Below are positions 25,335 to 38,729 of a stretch of DNA of 64,000 nucleotides, in pieces. How positions within the stretch are numbered: position 1 is the first letter of the stretch; each line of letters begins with the position of its first letter. The stretch is from positions 25,482,001 through 25,546,000 of the forward strand of contig OX597833.1 in the NCBI GenBank assembly GCA_951406725.2, in the 5' to 3' direction. The stretch is from Octopus vulgaris. Lineage: Eukaryota. The notes beneath the pieces were generated by a model. That model had not been told where the DNA came from. It saw only the letters and a list, made by a program, of their open reading frames with translations, and made no database searches. A program made the position numbers and the translations under genes.

Positions 25335-26198
25335 CGCACACATATAAACTTATATGCTCAACCCATCCACATAAGCACACAAAATACCTATATAACTAAT
25401 ATCTAATGTAACATTTCATTCTTGTTTCTTTCTCAATCTCATTCAGCATACAAGTATCGCTTTCAATCCTTCTGTCTGTCAGTTTCTCCCTTTCTCTTAT
25501 CCTCCTTCTCTCTCTCTCTCTTTCTCTCTTCCTCCCTCTTTTCTTCTGTCTCTTTCGCACCAGTATTTCTTTACAACATTAAGTAATCTCTGTTTATTCA
25601 GAGATTCTTCTAAAACGATGCCTCATCAAATTTTCACATTATTTCATATATATGTCTATATTCATAGCATACTTTTCTTTATAAACATATCTTTTGTTTG
25701 AAATGAGGGCATAGATGGGTGGTGTCTAATATTCATTTTCGATTCGAACCCAATCAAAATTCCATTTCTATCAATACAATTTTTGCTCTTTTATTTGTAA
25801 TAAATACAATTATTTATGAAATAGAATTACATCTTTTTCGTTGCCTTTTTTCAGCTACCCGCCATTTTGTTTAGTTTTTATCAATCAGGAAATAAAAATT
25901 CAATGTTATCTCGAAGGTTTTCGCCTTAATCTGTTTGTTTCTCCTTTTCTCTCGTTTCTTTTATTTGTAAATACAACGTTGCTTCATTGAATTTTTTTTT
26001 TTACTTTTCATATATTTTCATTATATTTTCCTAATGTTTAGCTGATTGCTTTTTTTTGTATCATATTTGTTTGTTTTCGTGATTGTTATTGTTGCTTGTT
26101 GTTCTTATCAGTATCCAGTTTAACGCTTATTGATTGAACGGTTTTGTTTATCGCTGCAATATTCCACAACAGCAACGACTAGAAAAAGGAAGAAAAAT

Positions 26199-26199
<1 letters not shown>

Positions 26200-26260
<61 letters not shown>

Positions 26261-26404
26261 TCTCCACAACACCCATCCTTTCTATAACTAGTATCACAAC
26301 ACTACTGTTACTACTTTTACTACGACTGGTCTCTTTCCCAAACAGTTTTCCTTCATGCGACTATATGTCCTTCCCTTCTCCATCTCCTCCTTTCCTCTTA
26401 CAAT

Positions 26405-26471
<67 letters not shown>
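26200..26471. repeat. Two (CTA)n tracts (26200-26259 and 26405-26471)
   Basis: Direct reading. Confidence 0.95.
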
Positions 26472-26724
26472 GCAGTTGTGTACCTTACATACTTTTATCC
26501 CTATAAGATAATGAGAGAGAATATCACTACCACTCAACCCGTTAAAAATAACAACCAAATTCCTCTTATAAACCACACGTACCGTCTTGTTAGAAATGAA
26601 GACACATTATACTAGGAAACATTAGCCTTAAAGACACGAATGCCTTAGAACAGAGAACTGCTCGATTAGGTCTCAGTAAATTTTAAATAATAAAAACCAC
26701 TACTGGTTTAAGGTTAAATTAAAG

Positions 26725-26935
26725 GCAGGGAACGCGCAGAAATTTTAGGATGTCGGCCAAAATTTTTACCTTCATTTCGTCCAAGTTTACGTTCTGAGTT
26801 CAAATTTCACCGAGGTTGAATTTTCCTTTGATACGTTTTGGGGTCGATAGAATAAGTTGAGCACTGGGGTCGACGTAGTCGACTATATCCTACCCCAGAA
26901 CTTGCTGGCCTTGCGCCAAAATCTGAAACCAATTT
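26725..26935 (+). mobile_element. Meta/MESC-core SINE
   Basis: tacgttctgagttcaaatttcaccgagg...ggggtcgata...gcactggggtcgacg...gctggccttgcgccaaaat. Confidence 0.8.
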
Positions 26936-28647
26936 AAGGTTCAACTATAAAAGGAAAAGACAGGCACTGAAGTTTTCGAGCGGCCTTTGGTGATAAACAA
27001 TTTTCATCGAGTCTCTTAGCTAGAATCTATTTGCTCAAATAATGAAACGATTCAGAAACCATTCAGCTATCTAAATCAGCGAGTTCTTCATTCATATGTG
27101 AACCGATGGGGAACAGTTGCGTAGTTGTATGCATTGTTGGCGCTAACAAACATTTGCCTTTCATATCTCATATGACCATCTTAAAATAGTAAGGCATACA
27201 TTGGACAATGTAGTTCCTGATGTACAAAAGTACGGATCGTCATGGCCGGAAGAAATCAACAGTAGAACCTCTTTTTTGTAGAACATTTATTCGAAATCAT
27301 ATTGTCTTAAGAAAAAACGAAACAAAACAAAAAAAAAATGTGTTTTGGACAATGTCGATCCATTTATATAAAACTACGAGATGCTCATGGCTGAAACGTT
27401 GAGGTAAACAAAAGCCGCCAATCTTTTCAAATGGGTTGGCAAAGTTACTTGCATTCGATTGTTTGAACTTGTGCTGCTGAAGGACACAGCATACATATGG
27501 TAAAGAATCAAACATGTGAATCTACTGTTTCAGATGCTGCTTCACAAAAATTATTCTAGGAAGATGACAAGGCTATAAACTTATAAAAGTTAGAGAATGA
27601 AATTCCCCAATAGATTACTGATACTTAATTAAATCTGTGTATGTTGAAGCGTGAGGTAAATATGTGGCATGCATTCAATCCCAATAGATAACTATTCTGT
27701 CTGTTTTGGGGATTAACAAGGTTAGATGATTGAAAAAATAGGATAGGTGTAGGGGAAGATGTATATATCTGACTGAAACTTGTTATTTTTTTTTATTTCT
27801 TCTCTCAGCCAGAGTGTTACAGGAGAAAAGATAAAGCTAACCCTCATAAGATTTGAACATGGAATGTAAAGGAGACAAAAAACAATAAATGTTCCTGCTA
27901 TCCTAACATCAGACAAAACGGACAATGTCATGCGTTTGACAATTGCCATTTTGCTTGTAAATCCACGTTCACAATAAAATTATATTTATCATTTACACAA
28001 GGAGTATTTCAAGAGACGATCTCCTAGTAGTTGATGTAATATGTTTTATCGATTCTTGTGAGACAATGGGAAAAAATGCTCTAACCTTCTGCCCTGCAAC
28101 TACCTCGGGTTATTCACTTATTTTTTACAGATATTAACCTAAATATCCCACGATTCCCAGAATAAGATTTTCATCTCTCTAAGCTCTGTAGCAAATATAA
28201 TATCTTAGCGAGAAATTTGTCGTGATGTTTTACTAGCGAAATTAGTTGTGCTAGGAAAACATTACAAAATGTTTCCTTTACAATACAACCAAAGAAATAG
28301 CTAGTGTACTCGTGTTGTCCAAAAATGATGTCCACTCGATGACTTAAAGGAAAATTTTTCAGTAAAAGGTACAAAGTTTCTTTCTAGCCGAAATTTTCAC
28401 TACATATACATGTACATATAACTATAAGGGCTCGTTCCCCTGCTAACAATATATATTGTGTATACAAGGTGTAGCACTGCACCAATAACCAGCTGGCGGA
28501 AGATCTGCCTGGGGTTTAACTAGTAGTAACATGGAACAGCCACTTTGATGTGGCGATTAACTTTACTTGTTATATATATATATATATATATATATATTCG
28601 GGGCAAATTGTTTATATACGGCGCCAAGATTACAATCCTGTAAATAA

Positions 28648-28698
<51 letters not shown>

Positions 28699-29025
28699 CA
28701 CATACACACACACACACACACATATATATATATTGCATTTTATAGAATTCAATCAGTGTGCTTTTTAAATTCTACGCTCATTCACTAATTCTCTTCATGC
28801 TCTTCGACGGCCTTCTCCTCCTGCAGCTGCTCCTAAGCGTGACAGCAAATAAATATACAACACTAAGTATCATATCAGGATTCGCCTGTGAAATATCATT
28901 TTTGAGTTATCATCGTTAGTTTATGGGCATGTGTGGAGCCGTGCATATTTTCAGTTAAGAAAATAATAATTTTCTATATAAGCAACTGTACGATTTATTT
29001 TGGTTAGTGTAAGGGGGTCCACATG

Positions 29026-29101
<76 letters not shown>

Positions 29102-29103
29102 GC

Positions 29104-29138
<35 letters not shown>

Positions 29139-29153
29139 TTGCTGCTGCTGCTG
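29026..29153. repeat. (CTA)n-(CTG)n compound microsatellite
   Basis: Direct reading. Confidence 0.97.
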
Positions 29154-29994
29154 CCAGGAGACCCTGATAAAATGGAGGGTATATCAATTAGGGTTGTTAG
29201 GAATTTACTTTTCAGTAAACGCCCCTCTTTAAGAAGATTAAAATTAAATTATATAGGTACAAAACCAACGTGTATCTGAAAAAGAGTAGAATTGTCCTAA
29301 TTGTCAATTAACTATATGAAATTATGTAAAACCCCTCTGTCTTCCCTTGTACCTCTCTTGCAGTTTTTTTCTTTCCCTTTCTGATCTTAATATCTCAATT
29401 CATCTAATAAAATCGATCCAATACAGGGTCACATGTGCCTTACATTTCGACGTAAACACCCAACTAAATTTGGTTCACAGAAGGGCTTCGGTTCCTCATT
29501 AAAGGTATTTTGTTGAGTGTGAGTGTTCTCTACCCTATAATTGTAGTTATTATTTTCTTTTAAAAGACATGCCTGCCGTATTATACCTTCTAATTTTACC
29601 ACTGTCAGTTTGTTTTTCTATTTCTCTAGCATTCATTTCACCCACATACACACAGATATGCATGCATACATGAATACACACTCACACCCACGCATATATG
29701 TATGCATGTACGTATATATTTGTGCATTTTTGTGTGTATGAATATGTATAAACATTGAAGTACGCGTACATTGTTTTACTTCATATTTTGTCGTTGATCA
29801 AGGGAAATTTCATTCAATAAGCTTTGCGTATCTTACAAATATCAAAGTCGTTCATCAAATATGATTCAACCTGTTGAAACTTAAGTGTGAATTTTTCATA
29901 TTTTCTACAACTTATCAAGTTGAATTACCTCATCGATGGAGCCCATCTGTTATATGCTATCATAATAAGCCAATCAAATAGTAAGATACAAGAA

Positions 29995-30215
29995 GTAAGG
30001 AGACGAGCTGACAGAATCGTTAACACGCCGAAAAAATAAATTTCTTAGATGCATTTCTTTCGATTTAAAATTCTGTGTTCAAATTCCGCCGAGGTCAACA
30101 TTATCTTTTCGCGATCGATAAAATAAATGCCAGTTGAATGAGCACTAGGGTCTATTAAATCGACATATTCCCTCTCCCGAAATTGTTGGCCTGGTGCAAA
30201 AGTTTGAAATCAGTA
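29995..30215 (+). mobile_element. Meta/MESC-core SINE
   Basis: gacgagctgacagaatcgttaacacg...gttcaaattccgccgaggtc...cgataaaataa. Confidence 0.8.
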
Positions 30216-30929
30216 AGACATATAAGTATATAATGGTATGGAGGACATGAAACACTATATGAAATCTTCATATCTCTATAAAATGTTTGCTCGGGTGAGT
30301 CCCATAGACCTGCGATCAATAGCCGTGGTTGGATATAATTTTAGATGTTACGGAAATCCTTGTCGGTTATATAATGAGAAAGTGTGGGATTTACAGAGTA
30401 TTCACTGAAATGTTTTTATCACATATGTTGTCAGTATTTCCTTTATATTGACAAGAAACCATAATCCAACCGGCTGATAGTCTTTTGATAAACTACAGAT
30501 AAAACGAGAATTTTTTAATGACACACGAGGTCACACAGTTGATTATGTAACAGGAAAACAAACATAACATTCCGCATTTAAATAAAGTCTTAAGTATTCT
30601 GTGTACACAGGAAATATTTTATAATACGGTTTTCTTTGTAGGCGATTTATTATATTTATCCGCCTTCCCAGCTTCTCTAATTTTCTTGTTTATTCAGACA
30701 TGAAATTAAACATTTATGAAAAACTTCTATGGAAGTCGTTTAGTTGTGGCAAAACTAAAAATATACAAATAGAAATAATATCCTACAAGTTGTTGCTCTT
30801 GTTGTTTAACCAGTGGTTAGTTCTAATCGAACAAGCACATGAACAAAGATGCTCCACACTTGACTCTCCCGTAAACAAGAGACTATATAATATCGTGTGG
30901 TAATCAACACAATCTGTTATACATATTTA

Positions 30930-31140
30930 TTTCAAATTTTGGCACAAGGCCAGCAATATCGGGGGATAAGTCGATTACATCGACTCCAGTGTTCAACTGG
31001 TACTTATTACTTTATCGACCCGAAAGGTTGAAAGCCAAAATCAACCTGGGCTGAATTTGAACTCAGAATCTGTATTTGGACGAACTGCCGCTAAGCATTT
31101 CATCCGGCGTCCTAACGATTCTCGCCATCTTGCCGCCTTC
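30930..31140 (-). mobile_element. Meta/MESC-core SINE
   Basis: Full reverse-complement copy ending cgccttc. Confidence 0.85.
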
Positions 31141-31184
31141 AATTTATTATGCATAGTAATCTCTGCTCTTTAACTAAAGCTAAT

Positions 31185-31450
31185 AATGTTGTTCAGCCCC
31201 GGGTCGCCACCTACCTTATTGAGTTGAACCATGGTCAAATGCTTTCAAACGATGACCATCAGGTTTTTGTTTATTTGAAGGTAAATCCTGATCGCGTAGA
31301 TCTCTAAAACCAAAGGCATTTCATCTTTACCCTCCAAAATTTATCGAAGATTGTGTAATTAGGATTAGATTAAGTTTGTTGTTTCCTTAGTTATAATGAT
31401 GGTATGTAATCTGAAGGAGATTTGGCTTCTATTACTAGCAGCTTACCTGA
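31185..31450 (+). mobile_element. Old unclassified dispersed repeat (fragments also near 21540-21730, 30800, 52890-53070, 60160, 62520-62700)
   Basis: Recurring degenerate motifs ttgttgtttagcccc.ggtc, atgaccatc and gatttggctgctatt(t)ctagc. Confidence 0.5.
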
Positions 31451-31542
31451 GCATATTAATGTACCTCTCTTAATTTATATTTATATTTCTCAGTGGGATT
31501 TGACACATGTTACAACTAATCATGATGATTATATGCCATATA

Positions 31543-32786
31543 CAGGGTGGGGCAGAGAGAACGGAGGCTTTTGAAAAATTCACAAAATCATTAATTTTAG
31601 CTGCAAACAAATTTTATTGACATCAATGCGTTTGTATTGAATTAGCATTTGTCAAAATCAAGTGTGGAAAACAACATCCATCATGTGGTGTCCGTCTTCA
31701 TTGTTGCATTTCTGAAGGCGTTCTTTGAAGTTGGCCTCTACTCTCTCTAGCATTGCTCTGTCGATTTTGGCGACTTCCACGCGAATAGCTTCATTCAAAT
31801 CGTCCAATGTACTGGATTTATGCACATATCCGCATATCTTAAGGTTTCCCCACAAATTATAATCACACATGGACAAATCAGAACACCGAGAAGGCCAAGG
31901 AATATCAGCAAACCTGGAAATGAAGCGGTCACCGAAACGATGGCGAAGAAGGTCCATTGATGCTCTGTATGTGTGGGCCGTCGCCCCAACCTGCTGAAAC
32001 CACACGCGTCAAAAAGGCATAGGTTTTCGTTGTAATTCAGGTACAAAGATGTTGATTATCATCTCGATGTAACGCTCGGGGTTCACAGTAATAGCATTTC
32101 CATTATTATCTTCAAAAAAGTAAGGACCAATGTTAGTAGCTTTTCCAACAGCGCACCAAACCGTCACTTTTGGGCTGTGCAGTGGTCTTTCGTGCAGCTC
32201 TCTCGGATTTTCAAGAGCCCTATAACGATAGTTCTGTTGATTCACCGTGCCATTGAGATGAAAATAAGCTTCATCACTCATTAACAAAATGAGGTTTGTC
32301 ATTTGCTTCAAAAATTACTTCCATCTGACGTGCGAAGGTAAGTCACTATGAATAGTCCCAATGACCAATTTGTACGGGTGGAAATGCCAGTCTTCATGTA
32401 AAATACACCTTACCGATCCATTCAGTGGAAATCCTCCAAGCAGAACGATTCGGACCCCGTATCAAAGCTTGTCTGACGCGTCCACATTTTCCGTTCGTGA
32501 CGCCCCTGCCAGTCTCCTATTCATTAGTGTACCTCGTGCATTCACCCAACATAAGATTGTGTTACGGGTGGGAACAGCCTGATCACGCTGAACTGCTGTG
32601 ACAGACTCGTTATTCTTCACGTAACTGTCAAAGCCAAATACGTGATGCGTTATCGTCCACAGTACCATGAAAAGAGAAAACAAAATGCTAAGCCATCATG
32701 AACCGAATGGTACCTTTCGGACATATGTCTCTGCTCCTGGGGCTGAGTAGTAGCCATTTCAAAAGCGTCCGTCCTCTCTGCTCCAC
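31543..32786 (-). mobile_element. Near full-length Tc1/mariner DNA transposon, DD41D (rosa) family
   Basis: TA then TIR cagggtggggcagagagaacggaggcttttgaaa; matching inverted tttcaaaagcgtccgtcctctctgctccac at the other end, whose outer bases are replaced by a SINE fragment. Confidence 0.9.
31658..32665 (-). pseudogene. Frameshifted DD41D transposase
   Basis: N-terminal YVKNNESVTAVQR..PTRNTILCWV (HTH); SDEAYFHLNGTVNQQN; WFQQVGATAH (second catalytic D mutated GAT>GTT); WPSRCSDLSMCDYNLWG. I count 41 residues between the second and third catalytic positions. Confidence 0.9.
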
Positions 32787-33794
32787 GGAATTTGAACTCA
32801 GAGTATGAAGACAGACGAAATGTCACTGAGCACTTTGCCCGTCGTCCTAACGAATTTTCTAGGACTACATGAAATATTGGAGCTGAATTGCTAACAGTTT
32901 AATTAACCCCAGTCATATACTTGTTATAAGCCCTATTATGTTTGATTATCATAACGCCCACTTCGGTACACAGTGTACCAATAAAGATATGACTATCTCT
33001 TGAGCGCCAACTACATACTCTTCGATACTGGTCGACGTCACGTTACTTATAGTGATTGTTTCATTCCACTCGTCACGTGGGAGGGCTGTACCATTATTAT
33101 TAATTCTCCACTGTTTCCCTGTAGCAACTCATTAACATAATTGTTATAGTTGTTTTAATTACTACAACAGGTCACGTAAACCTATTTCATTAGTTTTGTT
33201 GTCTGCCTTTTCATACATACATTAACATATTTCAAATTATTATTTCAGCATATTCAAAATTTCAAATATATCATTAATTCAGTTCCTCAGGAAAAGTTAT
33301 TTAAAGTGTAACTTGACAAATATGTTTCATCATATTCAAGATTTCGTTTATGCTTTCGATTTTGTACTACAGTTATATCTATTTAAAATGTAACACACTA
33401 AATTCAATTCTTTCACTATGTTAAATATTACATTTATATGTCATCGATATGGTTAAGGCAGTTTAAAACTTAACACCTGTAACTATTTCATTACCAGCAG
33501 TACTTGGGGAAATTCCACAGTGATTTAAAAAACCCTATGATGGTTGAAAGTCTATAATTTCTTTAGGAATTGTATTTTATTTAAAATATTCAATTATTTA
33601 GAGTGTGTAAAAGTCTTACGGCTCAACATTTATGAATGAGTTTTACGGCTCAACATCTATGAATGCTCTATTCCTTGCTCCACACTTATCCCCTTACCTG
33701 CTTTGAAAATTATTATCTATTATTTTTGAATCTATATTAAGAAGTAAATCTTAAATGTGAAACGAAATTAAAGACATAATCTGTCGATTATATT

Positions 33795-34165
33795 GGTTTC
33801 AAATTTGGCTCAAGGACAGCAACTTCGGAGAAAGGAGTAAGTCTTCGACTGCAGTATTCAACTGGAATATATTGTATCGAATTAGAAGGTATGAGAATCT
33901 AAGTAGCCCGCGGCGCAATTTGAACTCAGAACATAACGACGGATGAAATGCTGCAAATTATTATGCCAAGCGAGATAACGCTTCTGCCAGCGCACTGCCT
34001 TAATCTGCCTATAATATTATTCAGCTGCTTTAAGGTGGTGAGTCGGTAGAATCTTTAGCAGGCTAAGCGAAATGGTTAGCTGCATTTCATGCGTCTTTAC
34101 GTTCTAAATTCCGCTGATATTAGCTTTGCCTTTCATTCCTTCGGGGTCGATAAAACAAGTTTCAA
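33795..34165. mobile_element. Divergent (head-to-head) pair of Meta/MESC-core SINEs
   Basis: Minus copy ~33795-34000; plus copy ~34030-34165 with core gccttttcattccttcggggtcgataaa. Confidence 0.8.
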
Positions 34166-34326
34166 AAATAAGAGCTCGTGAATAACATAGGCGCTTGCTT
34201 AAAAGTATGTTCTAAAATTTCTTTTCTCCGTTCGGCCCCGCTTCGTGTGAGATTCTTCTGCTATAACAACGATTTTATTAAGGGCTCGATGAAACAGTCA
34301 GAAACCCAGATGTAGTATAGGAGAGC

Positions 34327-34545
<219 letters not shown>

Positions 34546-35021
34546 TGTAAGCACGAGGGAGCTTGTGTTTATGTATATCTATCTTGAAGCCAATAATGTT
34601 GTCTATGCACCGTAGCTGTTTGACAAATATATAATAATAAAATACGTACCAAACTTAAAACTAATTACTGAGGTCAATATGATCGATTAATCCTTTGAAA
34701 ACAGTGCCATAACATAGCGCCCACACAATAACCGATACAAACAAAATGAATTATGAATATATATATATATATATATGTATTTATCAAACGAAAAACAGGA
34801 TTTAGCGGTACATATGTTTCTGGCTTTATTGGACAGTTTATATCAATGCATAGTTGATGTAACATGTATGTCAATAGCCTTCTTCAGCCGCACACAATTA
34901 CCACACCAAAGACATGTATTACATTATAGCAGGTTTGAGAAGTTTGGGAAAAATACGGGTTTCGTTGGGGATGCAAGTCCTCATAGTCGTATACAGCAGA
35001 GCGAGACACCAAAACAAAACG

Positions 35022-35280
35022 TGGATCTTTTCAATTCTGAAGCCAGGACCACAGATCTTTCTACTTAACTAAATAATTTGAAACTTCGTATGCTGATAGA
35101 GTCTAGCAAAACAAGACACAAGTTGGAACTAGTTTATTTGAGAAAAATCTATTTTATGACTTTAATCGTAGATTAAAACTGCGAATTTTAACCAATCAGA
35201 TTGTTTGTTTTCATGTGTAAAACTTGACTGCATTCTATTAGTGTGACGTAGAAAGCGCTTTTGTGACGTACTAACGTTCG
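35022..35280 (+). mobile_element. GGATCTTTTC-family (Merlin-like) MITE arm; left member of a 259-bp inverted pair
   Basis: Starts tggatcttttc; reverse complement matches 37247-37505; same terminus as the 7715-8081 MITE. Confidence 0.85.
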
Positions 35281-35463
35281 TTTCTCCTTTTTTCGGATTT
35301 ATGTTTACGGACGCTATGTATATATATATATAAAGGTGAAAGTAAAGAATACGTACACCTGGTGTTTGGGGTTAGGGTTCAAGATACATAGGTTTTGAGT
35401 CTACAGATACAAAACCAAACACGATAAAATCTTCTTTGCATTTCTTCAGTTTTGCCTTTTTAG

Positions 35464-35870
35464 CAGTTGGTTCAGTTATTATTACAACTGATCATAAAAA
35501 AAATAAAAATAATAAATATTTTATTTCTATAAATTTAAAGTATCAAATTTATTATTAAACAATATTATGTAGTGATCTATTAAAAATATCGAATTTATTA
35601 TGAAACTGTTGTGATTATAAAATTTAAATTATGTAGTTCTTGATTGTAATATATCATTGATTATATATTATACATCATTGATTCTTATGGAATAGTTATT
35701 GAATTTTGTTTTCTTATTATTATTCTGTCTTCATATAAATTATTATTAACTAACAGTGTCTTTATTATCGAACAATATTGTGTAGATCTGAAATGGCTTC
35801 AATTTTTTATGGCTACGAATTCTCTGGGGACCACTGGTAGGTTCCAGGGACCACATTGGAAATCACTGCT
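35464..35870. mobile_element. Possible old hAT/Charlie-like MITE
   Basis: Right end ggggaccactggtaggttccagggaccacattggaaatcactg resembles hAT-Charlie termini; left end and TSD are only weakly recognisable. Confidence 0.35.
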
Positions 35871-36159
35871 TTAAACAATACTGGATGAAATGAATATTGA
35901 AATTATTTACAAATTTTGTTAGTACATGAAACATGTTATAATTTACAAGTTCCAGTAGAATATGTGACAAAGATAATATTCCTAGCTGAACTTATCCCCT
36001 TTAATTTTCTTGTACCAGAAACTTCCAACCCCAGCCAATATTAACGCCAGATAACTTACGCAGAACATTTTCATAATAAAGAAGAAAAAATTAAAAGGCT
36101 TTCATCTTTTTCTTTTAAACAAAAGAATTTTTATAAAGATATATATAAAGGATAGCTTT

Positions 36160-36310
36160 ATTGTTGAAAAATTTGCTTCACACCATGGGTTTCTGGGTTC
36201 AATTGTGCTGTATGGTATATTGGGTAAGTGTCTTTTACTGTAGTCTTAGGTTGATCAATGTCATGTGAGTCAAATTGGGAAAATGATTCTATGAAGAAGC
36301 CCGCAAGATG
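36160..36310 (+). mobile_element. Degenerate OR2-like SINE 5' module
   Basis: gggttcaatt...ttgggtaagtgtcttttactgtag...gaagaagcccg. Confidence 0.7.
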
Positions 36311-36351
36311 TGTTTGTGTGTATGTGTGTGTGTTCATTTACATGTTTACTA

Positions 36352-36620
36352 GGATCTTTTCTATTTTGAGGCCAGTTTTTTCAAATTTTTCCTACTGAAC
36401 CAAACAATTTGAAACTTCGTATACTGGTAGAATGTGTCAAAAGTAAACTTAATTGTAAACCAGAATGAAAACGGAATTGTAACTTCTAAGTTTAACGTTG
36501 TTTAATAATTAGAATTTTAACCAATGATATTCCGTCATTCGGCTTTATTTTATTTACTCCGTCTCGACCACCAATTTCGTGACGTATTTAACATCTTAAA
36601 TGTAAACAAGTCAGCCACCT
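36352..36620 (+). mobile_element. Diverged partial GGATCTTTTC-family MITE
   Basis: ggatctttttc...aatttgaaacttcgtatactggtaga...gaattttaaccaat...gtgacgta shared with the 35022 arm. Confidence 0.7.
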
Positions 36621-37149
36621 TCTAATAACAATATTTAAAACTAGTTAATAAGCCACATGTATTAAATTGAAAATGTTTCCATTCGGTATGTCTGCATGTA
36701 TGTGTGTGTGTATGTATGTGTAAGTATGTGTGTGTATGTATGTGTGTGTGTGTATGTATGTATAGCCGATTCATCGTAATTACGATGAATTGGCCATACA
36801 TACATAGATACATACACACACATACATGCAGACATACATATACACATACACCGAGTAAAAAATTTCAGTTATCTCTCTCTTTCACACATTACTCTCTCTG
36901 TCTCTTCACACACACTAACAGAAGCACTTCACTTACACAACATACTGTCTCCCACACCCCATCAAACACACACACACACACACATGTACATCAATGCTTC
37001 CCCTAGACGGTAACTTCAAAGACAAACTTCCCTCGTCATAAAATCGCTTCCTCTTAGTCTCTTTCGCTCTCATTACTTATGTAAAAAAATAAAAGTTTTT
37101 TACGGAAATCGACGGAAAACTTGTGCTACGACAAGCGAAACTTCGCCGA

Positions 37150-37228
37150 AATTTAATATTAAAAAAGCAAAGAGCTGGCAGAAACGTTAGCACGCCGGGC
37201 GAAATGCGTAGCCGTATTTCGTCTGCCG
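37150..37228 (+). mobile_element. Truncated young Meta-core SINE head abutting the inverted MITE arm
   Basis: gagctggcagaaacgttagcacgccgggcgaaatgcgtagccgtatttcgtctgccgt, nearly identical to the 24088 copy, then an abrupt junction. Confidence 0.85.
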
Positions 37229-37246
37229 TGTCTGTTTACAGTTTTC

Positions 37247-37505
37247 CGAACGTTAGTACGTCACAAAAGCGCTTTCTACGTCACACTAATAGAATGCAGT
37301 CAAGTTTTACACATGAAAACAAACAATCTGATTGGTTAAAATTCGCAGTTTTAATCTACGATTAAAGTCATAAAATAGATTTTTCTCAAATAAACTAGTT
37401 CCAACTTGTGTCTTGTTTTGCTAGACTCTATCAGCATACGAAGTTTCAAATTATTTAGTTAAGTAGAAAGATCTGTGGTCCTGGCTTCAGAATTGAAAAG
37501 ATCCA
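37247..37505 (-). mobile_element. GGATCTTTTC-family MITE arm; right member of the 259-bp inverted pair
   Basis: Reverse complement of 35022-35280. Confidence 0.85.
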
Positions 37506-37848
37506 AAATAAGTATATAAGTATATAAATAAATAAAGATAAAGAAGCGAAAAAATAACAACGAAAAATAAAAATATAAAGGGATAAAAAAATAAAAAGGT
37601 GAACATAAAGATAAAGTGAGGTACAGAAAAAATATATATGCCGGTTAGTGAAGCTTTAGGATGTATTGGTGAGTGTCATAAATTAAAACTTAATTATCTG
37701 GGGAGCAGGCGGGTGGTCAGTTTAAGTTCTCTGCTCCAAGTTGGTGTGTGTCTAAAAAAGTTATCTACTTTCTCATAAAAAGCGTCTGGGGCCGTATTGT
37801 TATCAGTCAACATATACACACATATATGCATGCATATATATACACACG

Positions 37849-37882
<34 letters not shown>

Positions 37883-38284
37883 CACCCGTATGAAAGTACC
37901 GACAGGGATACACATATACATACTTACCGCTACGCACAGATACCCAAACCCCCACATAACTAAATACATATATATATATATTGATGAAGGGGGATTTTTC
38001 CTTGTGTAGTTCTCTTGTACTCTGATTTTTCGTTGTTAAAGGAATGGTCCGTTCCTTGCAGTTTTTACGTTTTCGTTTCCCGTTGAGTTCTACGTCTATT
38101 TGTGGTGTCCTGTACACACGTATATATATTTATATATGCATGTATATATACATGTAGATGTAGGTACGTACATATATGTTTGTATGTATGCATATATTTT
38201 ATTTATTACACTATTGTATGACTGAGCGCCTTCGCGTCGATTCGATTCGATTCGTTTCGTTTCGTTTCGTTTCTTCTATATAAG

Positions 38285-38334
<50 letters not shown>

Positions 38335-38337
<3 letters not shown>

Positions 38338-38659
38338 TAAATATAAGGTAGCAAAAAATTCTAGAAAAAATTATCCGCTACCAGCGGTCTAGTGAGAGAG
38401 AAAAGATAGTCAAAGACTATATAATATACATTCAACAATATAAGGAATGGCCCTGATAGGCCATTCGACTCACTAGAAAGAGCAGCCAAACTCAAACGGC
38501 TGAATAGTTGTAATTCTGAAATTGAAAGAGAAATAAAAGATGAAAAGGGTAAATGTTTTTATTTCTCTTTCAATTTCAGAATTACAACTATTTAGCGGTT
38601 TGAGTTTGACTGCTCTTTCTAGTGAGTCGAATGGCCTATCAGGGCCATTCCTTATATTG

Positions 38660-38665
<6 letters not shown>
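38335..38665. mobile_element. (TA)n-embedded element ending in a long fold-back (arms ~38430-38538 and ~38557-38665)
   Basis: Arms of about 109 bp with 3 differences; TA tracts on both flanks. Confidence 0.75.
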
Positions 38666-38727
<62 letters not shown>

Positions 38728-38729
38728 TC

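Noticed and set aside
32922-33169. Possible solo LTR (tgtt...aataaa...aaca)
   Set aside because: No matching target-site duplication and no second copy or internal sequence.
37981-38010. ttgatgaagggggatttttccttg hammerhead-like start
   Set aside because: No GAAA box or cleavage triplet follows; probably part of a dispersed repeat.
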